Source of the DNA: Paraspadella gotoi | Lineage: Eukaryota > Animalia > Chaetognatha | Length of the DNA: 64,000 bases | Assembly: GCA_051294375.1 (NCBI GenBank) | Contig: CM119267.1 | Coordinates: 5,260,578-5,324,577, forward strand | Reading direction: 5' to 3' | In this document: piece by piece, positions 27,473-56,665 of the stretch | Layout of the letters: every line of letters starts with the position of its first letter | Position numbering within the stretch: the stretch's first letter is position 1 | The notes under the pieces: generated by a model | The model's input: the letters and a program-made list of their open reading frames with translations, nothing else | Told to the model about the DNA's origin: nothing | Database searches by the model: none | Position numbers and translations under genes: made by a program

Positions 27473-27841
27473 ATGGCTTGTTGCGGCGCCAAAATGAGAA
27501 TGGGCCATGTTTTACAGGTTTGGCCATTTGGGCAGCAAATGAATTGGATTCAAAAACCTTCTACCTTCCAATCCGCTCCAATTTCCCATCGCCGTCACTA
27601 GGCGATCCCTAATATCGCTCTCGACACAGGAATCAGAATGCCCGTGATCGCGCAAGGGGTGGCCACTCACGAGCTGATGGCCGCGGGACAGGTTTCTTGT
27701 ACTCCTGACGATCCTGTGACAATCTATTTTACTTACTTTTTGATTTTAACATTGCTAGTTGTCTAAACACGTTAAAAACATGTAAATAAGTAGAGAAAAC
27801 TCAACGTACTGAACTCAGAAAATCAAAAAGTAATGATTTTG

Positions 27842-27933
<92 letters not shown>

Positions 27934-30900
27934 TAATAAATATTAATAACAACAATAATAAGGATCCCCCCCCAAAGTGAATTCCCCCGTCCTTCATCAG
28001 GTGCAGACGATGGTGGAACAGGCCGTCGATGCGGGTCATCGTCACTTCGACAGCATTCCGGGCGAACGGGAGGAGGAAATGGGTGAGTCAAGACTTTTCT
28101 TCGGGATGGCTTTTCACAGCTCACTTTCTTTCGTCGCCAAGGCAACGCCCTGCGTAACAAGATCGGCGACGGAACGGTGAAGCTTGAGCAGCTCTTCGTC
28201 TCCTCCAAACTCTTGGACACGCACCACTCCAAGACGCGCGTCAGGGAATGCCTCATAATGACCCTCAAGTCGCTGGGGATTCCTCAGATCAGTCTCTACA
28301 TCGTGAGAACGCCGTGCGCCATGAAGGTTAGAAACTGCATACGCCTCCCGTTCGCCTCGTTAAATCTCCTACTATCCATTTCCGTAATATCTAATATCTA
28401 ATATCCATCCATCGACCTATCCAATCTATCCAGTATCCCATCTAATCAGGCGGACGGAACTCCGGACGACGTGGACCTGATGGACACGTGGGAAGCGATG
28501 GAGGATCTCTACACCGAAGGCCTCGTCTGCGCCATCGGAGTCTGCAACTTTAATGAGGAGCAAATCTCTAGGATTCTCGCCTCATGCAAGTCCGTCGTTG
28601 CGGGCGTCTTTCATTGCAGCCGTCCAAACTTCGGTCGTCGTTGCCGTTTTCGCTGACGATGCTGCAGAAGCTTCTTTTTTATTTCAGCGCTGTTTTTTTA
28701 TTTTTTTTTATTTATATATATATAAATTTATGACGTCATTTATTTTCTACCACCGTGTCAAACCCCGCCGATGAAACTGTCGGCCCTGTATATCACAGGA
28801 TCCGTCCAGCGGTGGCGCAGATCGAGTGTCACCCTTACTTCGTCCAACACGACTTCATCGAATTCTGTCGCGCCAAAGAGATCACGGTGGTCGCCTACGG
28901 ACCCTTCGGGTTACCTTACTACATGTTTCAGGGAAAAACGTGAGTATCGGCGGGGAACAATCGTGACGCCGGGGGGGGGGGCGCGGGGGTGTTTCTCACC
29001 GATTGGCGATGGGGCTGCGTACCTTCATCGATCGGCCGCCGTCGCAAGTTTCTCATGTAAAGCCAGAACCGGGTTTGAACCCTGGATGCACGTTTAGAGG
29101 AGGCTGAGACTGGAGAGAGTGGCGAGTAAACGACGAGGGATAAAAATTATTGTCAAGTGTTTGTCGTTTTATGTCGTTCCACGCTGATTTTACTTTTAGA
29201 TTTGAAGAAAAGCATGATAACGCCTAATTTCCTTTCTCCGACCCAAGGTTGGTACATCAACCAACTTTTTGTAACATACGTAATTGTAATGTAATGTAAT
29301 TGTAATGTTAAAGAAGCGATAATCAAATTTTCGAATTCCGGACAACGTTCACTATCATCTGTTTTCAGTTATATTACATTCGCAATTCGTCACTTTCTCC
29401 TCGTAATGAACAAAATTATTCGTCCTCAGCTTCGCCGCAGAAATAACTCCACCCCGGGAGGTCAAAATTATTTCGACGCACGTACTTAAATTTGAAAAAA
29501 ACAAAACAAAACAAAAGGAAAGATTTTTCTGGCGTTATAAATGTCGGCCGGTTTAAATCTGTAATATAATATCGCAGTTAAAACGAAAAAAAAAGAAAGG
29601 AAACTGAGCTCTTTCATCCTGATCCAATTATGCCAAACCCCTCCCTCCCGCTACACGACGTTCCACGCCACACCCTCTCCCCCCCCGCCATGGCAGGCAT
29701 GAGCCGTCTACTCGACGATCCCGTCATCAAAGAGTTGGCGGTGGAGAAGGACAAATCGCCGGCGCAGATCGTGCTGCGCTATTTGCTGCAGATGGGATTG
29801 GCCATCGTCACGAGAGGCGTCGTGTGAGTCGAATAAGGCGTTGGCGGTTGGCGTTGGCGTTGCAATTCGTTTTTAGATTAAGGTTGATGAAATGTTGAGT
29901 AGCTCGTTTGAGGATTGGAGAATGGAAAAGCCCATCGCTATCGCGAATGTTATCTTAAATCGGTTCGCCTCAAATTAAATTAAGCAGCTGAGTATTGAAA
30001 TTATAAAACGCAAAATTGCATGAGAATACTACAGTCCTTTGCAAAAACAAGAGGACACTCTTCAAACATTAAGTCGCGCTCGTTTTATGCATATATTTTA
30101 AAAAATTATGATTGATAAATATATATTTTGAAATGGAAAATCTATATGTGTAAGTTAAAAGAAAATCGGTCCAAGCATTCAAGAGCTATAGATCCTGAAA
30201 GACAAGGGGTCAAAAAAATTTGTCCTTTGAGTTGCTTCAAAAAACTATTTTTTAAAATCTGCCAAAAACCGAAGATACTTTTTAGCCTTAATTTAGGGGC
30301 ATTGTATTTATGTTTTATTAAAAAAATATGAATGGGAAATAAAAGAGGAAATCATATGTATAACTTTTAAAAAAATAAGTCTATTCATTCTAGAGCTACA
30401 GCATCTTAAATACAAAAGGTTTAAAATATTTGAATTTTCTTTTTCTCTAACATTCTGTTTGAATACTTAGTAGTTGTAACTGAATAATTTCTTTTTAAAA
30501 ATCACTGCTTTTTAACGGATACCAATGAATTAACTAAATTTATACCAATAGTTCCTTTTTCAATATTTATTCACTAATAATATCTTTCATTTTAAAGGAA
30601 TCTAATTTGATTTTTTTTTAATGTTTTTGGGTGTCCTCTTTTTTTTTTGCACAGGACTTTACAATGTACAGTGTACACTGTACTGTGTACATATAATATA
30701 CGCCGTATAATGTAATATGACGTATTGATCAATCGTCTTTTAACTACTCATTAATCATTATAAACGCAGCTTGGTCTAACTAATAGTTTAACGTTTATAT
30801 GTTAAAAGTCATAAGTTTCTTTCTTTCAAATTCATCTTTATTTTTCTTTTTCCCACCTCTTTTGATCAATCTCAGTCCGGACCAACAGAAACAGAACATG

Positions 30901-31287
30901 ACATTCTTCGACATGACGCTGTCAACCAAAGACGAGAGAAAGCTCGCAGCTTTGAACAGAGTAAGTAAATAAAAACACATTTTTTTTTGTTTGGTTGGTT
31001 TTTATTTATGAATCATAAAAAATATACGTTAAAAAACGGGAAAAAAAATTCGGGGGGGGACAAAATGAAAGGAAAATAAAATGTGACAAAAAAGTCGGGA
31101 GTTGGGGGAGGGAATTAATTGGAATTTAAAATATATATCGTCAACCTATAATCGATTGTATTTTCTTGGTTTCTCTCTCTCTCACCCAACGACACAGAAC
31201 GAGCGACTCGTCACCCTTGATTGGCTAAAAAGTCACAAGGAATATCCCTTCAACTTTGACCGTAAGAAGAAGAAGGGGAGACGGTAG
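27473..31287 (+). CDS. Aldo-keto reductase (AKR1-like) homologue, probably catalytically inactive
   Basis: Exons 27473-27517 ([15 protein letters not shown]), 27602-27691 ([19 protein letters not shown]..), 28001-28082 ([11 protein letters not shown]), 28142-28326 ([16 protein letters not shown]), 28450-28589 ([28 protein letters not shown]), 28799-28939 ([21 protein letters not shown]), 29697-29823 ([30 protein letters not shown]), 30876-30960, 31198-31287 (..[18 protein letters not shown]). All splice phases are consistent except the 28939/29697 junction. Confidence 0.9.
27843..27932. repeat. (TAA)n microsatellite
   Basis: Pure trinucleotide run in AKR intron 2. Confidence 0.95.
30032..30659. 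mobile_element. Non-autonomous Tc1/mariner-type MITE in an AKR intron
   Basis: The left end TA|CAGTCCTTTGCAAAAACAAGAGGACAC and the right end GTGTCCTCTTTTTTTTTTGCACAGGACTT|TA are imperfect inverted repeats with TA flanks. There is an internal direct repeat at about 30178-30221 and 30388-30432, and no ORF. Confidence 0.8.
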
Positions 31288-31792
31288 TAACGCCTTTACT
31301 GTAACCTGGGTTCCGTCCACTCGCAAAAAATAATCGGACTCGTCGGTAGACCAAAAAAAAAAACCGACAGAAACATTAGTCGCGAAGACAAAAGGAGAGA
31401 GAGAAAAGAATTGACGAAATAAGGCATAAAAATATTGTTTTATATACAAGAAAATGCCAAAACAATATATGTAGATATGGAAAACGCTCACTTTCTTGTT
31501 ACGTCAGGTTTATTAAGTTTTTTTTTATTTTCTCGTGAGTGAGTGGTTTTTTTTTTCGGTAGACAAAAGGTTATTCTGACTAGAAAATACATCACGTGAC
31601 TTGGAAACTAAAAAGTATCGGATGAATTCGTCCAACTCGACGCCATTTTTTTTTTACCCTTTTGTTTGTTTGTTTTTGTTTGTTTATGACTTCGCAGGAA
31701 GAAAAATACGATTCCGAGACGAAAGGCGGTTGAGTCACTGTGGACGATTTTATTGTTTTCGTCTCTCTTCTCTCTCTCTCTCTCTCTCTCTC

Positions 31793-36752
<4,960 letters not shown>

Positions 36753-37209
36753 CTGAGAAAGAAGGGGGAAAATGACTTTTATACCAGAGGGTATTTAAAA
36801 TAATGACTCACGGGGAGCAAAGAGTTTGTTTAATTTGTTTTCTTTTAAACTTTAATTTAAAGAAAAGAGCGAGAGAGAGAGAAAAAAAAAAGGAGAGAGA
36901 TCGAATATGCGAAAAAGACTCCTTTTGATTCAGCAACGATATATTTCGTCATTTCAACTTGTTTTTCTTCTTTTTTTTCTTTTTTCTTTCTTTCTTTCTT
37001 TCTTTCTTTTCGATGTCGTGTCCGAGTTTGAAAACGAAGATTTTTTTTTATTCCCTGAGTCGCGAAATAAAAAAAAAACTATTTATTTATTTATTTTTTT
37101 AAATATTTTAGTAAAAAAAATAATTTACGTCGCAATTCATTCTCTGATTTTCGCTTTATCAGAGAGAGAGACTGAGAGAGATTCTGTGGCGCAAAGTTCA
37201 TTCCGAGAG

Positions 37210-37240
<31 letters not shown>

Positions 37241-37257
37241 GGAGAGAGAGAGAGAGA

Positions 37258-37289
<32 letters not shown>

Positions 37290-38425
37290 AGAGAGAGAGA
37301 GAAAATAGGTTGAAGTTGACTCCGGAGGAAGAGAAGGGGAAACGAAAGGGTTAAATGCGGTCCTTTCTTACCTCCGAATGTCAAAAAAATATTTCTTATC
37401 GAGTTGCGGGCTCAGGAACCTGGGCGACGATTCGAACTGAAGGGGTCGTTCAGGACGTTGTCTGTCTGTCCGTCCGATAGTGCCACTGCGTAATAAACAA
37501 TCGGAACGTTGTCCGTCTGTCCGAATTGTACGATTGTTTACTTTCGTCGTGTCGATAAGAACGTCGTTTGAATTTTTTATCACGTTTCAATATCTGACTC
37601 ATTGTGTGATGTTTGTCATGAACGTCCGTGGATCATTTAGAACATTTTGGTCAGAATATCTGTTGACCATTGCAAATATTGTCTGTTTATTGATTTGTCA
37701 TTCCTAAGTCTCATTGTACGAGAACGTCGACGTTGTCCGTTTGTCTCTAGTGAAAGTTTGTTAATCGAAACATGTCCCTGTCAGTCTCTCGCTAATGACC
37801 GGTTTAAACTAGTTCGCTGTCCGGTCTGCGAGCTTTCACGTTCTGAACTTTGTAAATTTACAAATTCTTTTTTTTTGTTTTTTTTTTTAATACTTGTAAA
37901 AAAAGCCTCCAAAAAAAATGTGAGTCATCGGCGTGGCGAAAAAACAAATCCGGTATCTTCGGTTGAAAGTCCGACGAAGCGCGAAACATTTCGAAACTGA
38001 ATAACTTTTTTGTTCTTTTTTCAAGGAGCTTTACATATATATATATATATATATATATATACTTTTTATTTATTTATAAGAATGTTTTAACTTGGTAACA
38101 ATTCGCTCGATATAACTTCAATTTAATCGATCATTACCTTACGGCACGCCTACCTCTAACAGCGTCAAAAATAAAACAAAGGAGCATCGCCGCGAAAAAC
38201 AAGTCCGGCAACGCTTAATAAAAAAAAACATTCGACTGTTAAAAGAAAATCGAATTTAAAAAAAAAATCCAGCAAAGGCTGACATGTAAAATTCGCCGGA
38301 AAATTTATAAGATTAATTTTCCAAGTCGTTTTTATTTCATTCGGCCGAAATATAACCAAATAAAAAATAATAATATTAATCGACTGCACTCGGTTTCGAT
38401 TCTGAAAGCTCGAGTACAAACGCAC

Positions 38426-38545
38426 CGGTGCATCTCGTCCTCCTCCTCCTCCTCATCCTCCTCCTCAACCTCCTCCTCCGAGTCGCGCTTCGCCTACTCT
38501 CTTTTCCCCACCGCTCGTCCTCGACTCGCTCTCTATCTAACATCG
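38426..38545 (-). CDS. Possible upstream exon of the NR1J gene (Arg-rich N-terminus or 5' UTR)
   Basis: (CT)n tract plus AAG acceptor, ATG at 38543, and donor CCG|GTGCGT. It splices in phase 1 into 36752 to give MLDRERVEDERWGKESRRSATRRRRLRRRMRRRRRTRCTVRDAPRPMMPDF. Confidence 0.35.
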
Positions 38546-38574
38546 CTTGAGGAAGAGAAAAGAGAGAGAGAGGG

Positions 38575-38627
<53 letters not shown>

Positions 38628-39003
38628 AGAGAGAGACGGAATTGGAAAGAGTTCTCTCTTTCTCGCGCGCATCGTTAGGGCCTTTTCGAATTCGGTGCGT
38701 TCGCACCGTCGAAGGGAGATGGGGTTCGGAGGGGGGGGGGGGACGAAGAACAACGACCGGGCCTCGTGGTTGTTGTTGTTGGCGTTGTTGTGGCTTTTCG
38801 TTACCATGGATTCGACGGCAGTAGGCGTGCCTCTAAAAATCCGGGCTCGATCGTTAACGATTGATTAAAGGTTTTTCGTGCGTGACCGTTACGAGGTGAT
38901 AATGAAAAGAGTTCATTAACTGTGACAATTTTCTTCTTTTTTTTTTTAATTACTGGGAGACGAGAGGCCTTAAAAGCCTCATAAAACATTTTCCCGTGGT
39001 TCT

Positions 39004-39076
39004 TGGATGGCGTAGGCGCGAGGACTGTCCTCTCTGCGCGCGAAACTTCCGGGTTCGACTCTTGGGTTGGCACCCG
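39004..39076 (+). mobile_element. Degenerate tRNA-like / SINE head
   Basis: A-box-like TGGCGTAGGCG and B-box-like GGTTCGACTCT at tRNA-like spacing. No clean acceptor stem. Confidence 0.3.
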
Positions 39077-40158
39077 AGGGAATGGTTCGGCTCTTCAGAG
39101 TTTAACCCTGGCCTGAGATCATTGGTATAAAGCTATCATAGCTGAGGCATATCAAAGTCGATTCTGATAAAATTTTTATATATATATAGTTTAGGTTTTT
39201 ACTTTTAAATTCATATTTTACGTTGAAAAAATCTTCACGGGTTTGCAAATGACAGCGTTTTTCTACCGGCGCTTGTAAAATTGTCACCATGTATTCATGC
39301 TCTGTCGTTGTCAGCTCACCGCTGCTCGCCGATCCTAGGAAGAAAAACAAGGAACGATTATTCCAAGGTGTTGCGCCGCATTACTTTTCTTTTTACTTAT
39401 CATTACAAACAAAAGACGACCGACCGAAAAGTGACTTATAGAGTTTCTCCGCGGCGCAACTAAAAAAGCGAAGTTCGTTGAACGTCTTTTCTTTTTATTT
39501 ACATAAGTTGAAGATTTGACAAAAAAAATGTCTTTGACCTCCGTTCGGGTTTTTTTTTTTTAGTTTAAGCGTACCAATTTTTAATTCTTTGTATAAACAT
39601 TGTTAAGTATAATAAAATTTAGAACATTTAATGAGTAATGTGTATGCCTATCAGAACACGTCATCATCCTATAACCTATAAATTATATTTTATATAATTT
39701 TATGAAAATCTTTTTTTCAAAAAAATCAATCCTTCAATGTTCATATTTAATCTAACCTAAGCAAATACGTTTATATCGACGAAGGTAATCACGTAATTAG
39801 GTAATTAATTTATTGTTTCAAGTAATTAATTTCTTTGTTTCGAATGTCCTTTAAATATATATATATATATTTTCAAGCGTCCACATTCCTATCGATTGCT
39901 TCTCCCGCTTTTATATCTCGCAGGTGTTCGAAGCGAGTAAAACGAATTATCTCTTTTAATGGGTTTTCGTTTTCTGGGTTTTTTTTTAAGGGGGGGGGAG
40001 TTGGTGTTAAATTCTCCAATGACGCCCTCGCCGGATCTTACCTTTAAATCTAAAAAGATTACTTTTTTTTTTTGAAGAAGGTAAATCAGCTTCGAGGGCG
40101 GACTTTCGATTCTCGAATGAATATATATCTAATTGTATATTATCGGTATTCGTTCGTT

Positions 40159-40206
<48 letters not shown>

Positions 40207-42248
40207 TTTTTTTCCAATTCTAACACGCTCGATCGATCTCTCCCGGCGAAACAATCCCCGTCACGTCCGATATATTTTTCTCTCGCGCTGCGTTTCAAAC
40301 ATAAGTGCGCACGTAAATGCACGGGCATGCGAACACGCAGCCGCTAAAGTGCATGCAACTGTAAACGCTCGATGAAAGGATATGCGTTTTGAATTAACAA
40401 TAATCTTAAGAGGAATAGAAACGATTTTCCCAAAACTCAAAACACAAAAGTTCTTTGTATTTGCTTACTGTTAATCTTAATTTTTTCGGAGGGAACGTCT
40501 TATAATAATAATAATTGTACTGAACACTTTTTGACGTTCGATAGTCTACTAATATAGGTACTATACTGTATACTCTACTATACTGTATAATCGTCCGACT
40601 TTCTTAACAACAGGAGAGATTTAAAGTTTACGAGAATTCCGTAAAACTCGACACTCGATCGAGATATTTTAACTTCGCACCGAGAGTAAGAGAGAAAGAA
40701 ATAAAAGGTTTCTGTTTTAGAATTCAGAGTTCATAACCCGTTTTTTTTTCGCGCGATAACTCAGCCCCCCCTGGTCCCCCCCCCACTCCGCCCCCCTGGT
40801 CCCCCCCTCACTCTCTTCTCCGTCGAAACAAAAAAAAAAGTCTTTAACCCTTTTTTTTTTCTCGGCTCGATCCCTCGGTTCGCCGGCTGCCGGCCAAACG
40901 AAAATCCCCCGAGAGAAACCCCTCCCGGGCATTCCAGGGGCACCCGGCCTTCGAGGAGCCGGTCTTGTCTCGTCATGTTTCGGCCTGGTTCGTGTTTACT
41001 AAATCCAAACCCGACTCTCATTTATCAAATCCAGTCAAAGCAAAAGTGTCTCTTTTTTTTTTAAATTTTGCTTTTTCAGCTTTGAGAGATGTCTCTCTAA
41101 TTTGTTGGCCTTGGAGCGGCGAGGGTACTGAAGTCTCTAGTGAAGAAGGTCCCTGTTATAGGGACTCGATACTACGGCAGCTCAATTATAGAAGAATCGT
41201 ACTGTATTTTATTCACTTCGGATTAGGCTTTTTCGGGATTAGATCAAGCAGCGTCAGGTTCGGATTGTTTTTTCAACAATTAGCTTCCTCAAGTTCTATT
41301 AATGATTATTATCGAATTAATTCGTTATTTCGATTTAATTACTTTTTTTTTTTGCTAGCTTGGATCATTTAAAATTGGTTCTCGGGTGTTTTATCAGTTT
41401 CACTTTATTTCTTCGTCTTTGGATCGTCATATTTAATTATCGCTCGCTTGATTTTCCATTACGCAAGTCCTCATTCACGGGCGTGTCACGAATTTTGTTC
41501 GTTTTTACTAAACTTAAATACTCGGGGGGTTTATACTCATTCTCACTCGCTTGTTTTTGATTGTTTTATGCGTGGGGAGAGAAATTTTATTGTCCACGTG
41601 GTATGGAGGGTCAATCAGTTTTATTCGTTCGTTTTACGTTCTGGCGAAATAATAAAAAATATTAAAAATATTAGAAAAAGAGAAAAAAAATTGAGAAGAA
41701 AAAAAAAGAGAAAATCTGAGTTAGTTTATTCCTCGAGCTGGATATTAGTTTGTCAAAATTAAATTAACGTGAAAAGATGACAAATATTACACCCGAATAA
41801 AACAGTGCTTTCGAAAATGCTTACTCAGGCAATGAATTTTTTTTCTTTTATCTCGAACATTTAGTGAAATTGCGTAGTTAGCTACAATGAGTTTTTTTAT
41901 CGCTCTGATCGCATAACTCGACGGAAGCTGACTCGGAAAAAAGTTCTGGTATCGAGAAAAAAAAAGTCGAAAACAGTTTTTTTCTTTCTTTATTCTTCGT
42001 GCATATTCAAGGAACAACGCGTACGGGTTGTTTAGAACTTTATAAAATTAAAAATAGTAAACTTGAAACTTATTTCAAAAACTCTTAAATACGTAAACAA
42101 ACATTCAAGTATCACAGGTTTGAACATTGAACAAGATTTATTATCGATTCATACGCAAAGACTTGACGCGGTATTTTTCTTCTCTGAAAATTAAATATTT
42201 TCTTTTTACGAGAGAAACATACAAGTGATAACAAATTCTCAAAATATC

Positions 42249-54139
<11,891 letters not shown>

Positions 54140-54555
54140 CTCTAGTCTCGGAAACAGACAGCGTCAAATTATTCGGCGTTGTTTTCTCCCCGCGACGCCG
54201 CGGCGTCCTTTCCTCGTCCGTCGATGTTAGCGCGGCGTCGGTGATCGACTCCAACCGCGCCAAGGACCGAAGCGGCGCCGCTTTGACCGGCATCGGCGTC
54301 GAAATTGATCACATGAGGGAAGTGTGGAATTGAATTTAAGCACGAAAACAAGAGACAAACGAAAACAAACTCGGCTTTATTTTTGGCGTTTCGTTGTTGT
54401 TGTGGTTGTTGTTTTGATTTTATATTTTTGTTTTTTTGGTTTTGTTTTTGTTTCGTGTTGCGTTTTTTCTTATGAAGCTCGCGGAGATTCGTTTCAAATC
54501 AAATGTTTTTTAAGAAACGTTGACGACGGAAGAGATGGAGTTCGATTAAAGAAGG

Positions 54556-54589
<34 letters not shown>

Positions 54590-56665
54590 AGAGGACGACG
54601 ACGACTAAGACGATGTCCAAGAAGACTCTAACCGAGATAAGATTCGTGCGTCGCGAGAAATTGCGTTTTCATGCAAAAATCGGAGAGGAAACCGAAGGAG
54701 TTTTTTTCGCTGGAGGCGAGGAGTTACTTATGTGGGTCCTTCGGTCTTTGCTTCGCCCTCATCTCCGCTCCTTGTCTCATGAGTTGGTGCGGACTCGTTG
54801 CCCGCACAAAGTCCGCCGTGCCGCCGTTCCAGCCTCGGGCAATGCCCTAATGCCGTATTGGAGACTCGGGAGATAAAGGAAAAGTTGGCGGAGGGAAAGA
54901 AGATACGTCAGATAGTAAAAATGATGAAATAAAATATGCCTTAAATTAATCTTACGTGAACTGAATTTGTGTGAAATCCTTCTTCCGTTTCGTGATACGG
55001 AAATATACTTCAAGGGTGCCAAATCCTCAAGGATTTTTTTCCTTTTTTTTAACTTTTTTTTTTCCTCGAAAATGTCGAGAGCGTCAGTTCCTTTTTTCTT
55101 TCTTTTTTTTTTTTTTTTTTTGCCGGTTCCCTTTCTTCCACCCCTTTTTTAAAATAGTTTTTTTCCTTTAAGTCCCGTTAATTGAAAAGGAAGAGAGATT
55201 AACCTCAAGAACGGACACATTCTTGTCAGCTACATTTTCCTTTTCGAAAAACCTTTGAAGTTTCGTTTCCAGGAGTTTAATTTTCTCTCTCGCTTAGGAT
55301 TTTTTCCTAATTTCTTTAAACTCGCGTTATTTTTATTTTCCTACTTTTTAAAACCTTTTTTCTTTGGTTTAATTTTTGAAAATATTAACGAATGACTTTT
55401 CTGGGTTTTTCTCTCGAGATTTCTTCGACCTTCATCTCGGCGCCTTGGACCAAAAAAAAAATGGCCGCTCTTCACGAAAAAATATTTTTACGTAAATATT
55501 TTTTACAAAAAAAGTAAATATCACTCGTCGTTTCCCGATATTTCTGACAAATTTTAAGACGCTACTTCATTTTTTTTTTTTTTTATTATTTTTTTTTTTT
55601 TATGTTTTTGTGTGTATGGAAAAGGGCAGAATTCTAGAAACAAAAATAAGAATACTTGAAGGGCGGAGATTCGTAGATAAATTTATAAAAGCTGTCATTA
55701 TTTTAGGCCATTTAGGACATTTTAGCAGTCGTCTTCCGTTTTAATGAGATATATACTCTTAGTATTATACACGAATGGTGTTATTTGACCTCAGGAGTAG
55801 ATAAATGGAAGCATTAACACATGAACGAAAGATAAAATCAACAACGGAAAGTGAGACGGAATCAAAGTGACCAACAGAGAGACAGCTCATCACCCTAAAA
55901 TCCCTTTCTTTCGAGAGGCGCCGAGATTTCTCGGCCCAACTGCAGTTCCGCTTTTCCGGAAGCCGAATTTTCGTCGCGTTAATCCGGCACGAGATTCCAT
56001 TGGCAGATCCGGCGCGGAATGCCGGAGACGGCGTCGGCCGAAAAAAATTCCATACGTGGTTCTTCGTTTGTCCCAAGCTAATCAAGTATCTCGGTTTGAC
56101 CTTAGAGGTTTAATTTCTTTCTCTTTTTCTTTATCTTTCTTTTTCTGAATTTTTTCTTAATCCCTCTTTCCGACTTAACCTCCTCATCTTCTTAACCTTA
56201 GTTCTTTATGCTCTTTTTTCTTCCATCGCAAATCACTCACATTATCCTTTGAAATTGGTACAAAGAATATAAAAAGTATTTTTTTCATTCTAGATATTAA
56301 CATAGGAACAACCTGCGAGCTTTTTCACTGTCTAGTTTATGAACTCCCAGAGTGATTGCTTGCCTTATCAGTGATGTCATATAGTATTAGACCGGGAAAT
56401 TCGGTCTTGTACTCCGCACTATTATCAAAATACTTTTCCTTATACTAATCATTCTCGTCTTAAAAACATCCGTTGACTTCTCGCTTCGTCTTTAACTCCT
56501 TAAAATATCTTAACCTTTTCCTTTTTCAAATCTCCTCCATCGAACTCTCTATAAATAGATCCTCCAATAAACCGTTACACTTCATTCTCATACAATTCGA
56601 ATTCCGTAATCAAAGTTTCTATCTCGCACGCGCACTTTTAAATCTCCCTACGGTTTTTTAAATGT

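Noticed and set aside
39004-39076. Functional tRNA gene (also 2301-2340)
   Set aside because: I could not fold a complete cloverleaf, so these are kept only as SINE-like remnants.
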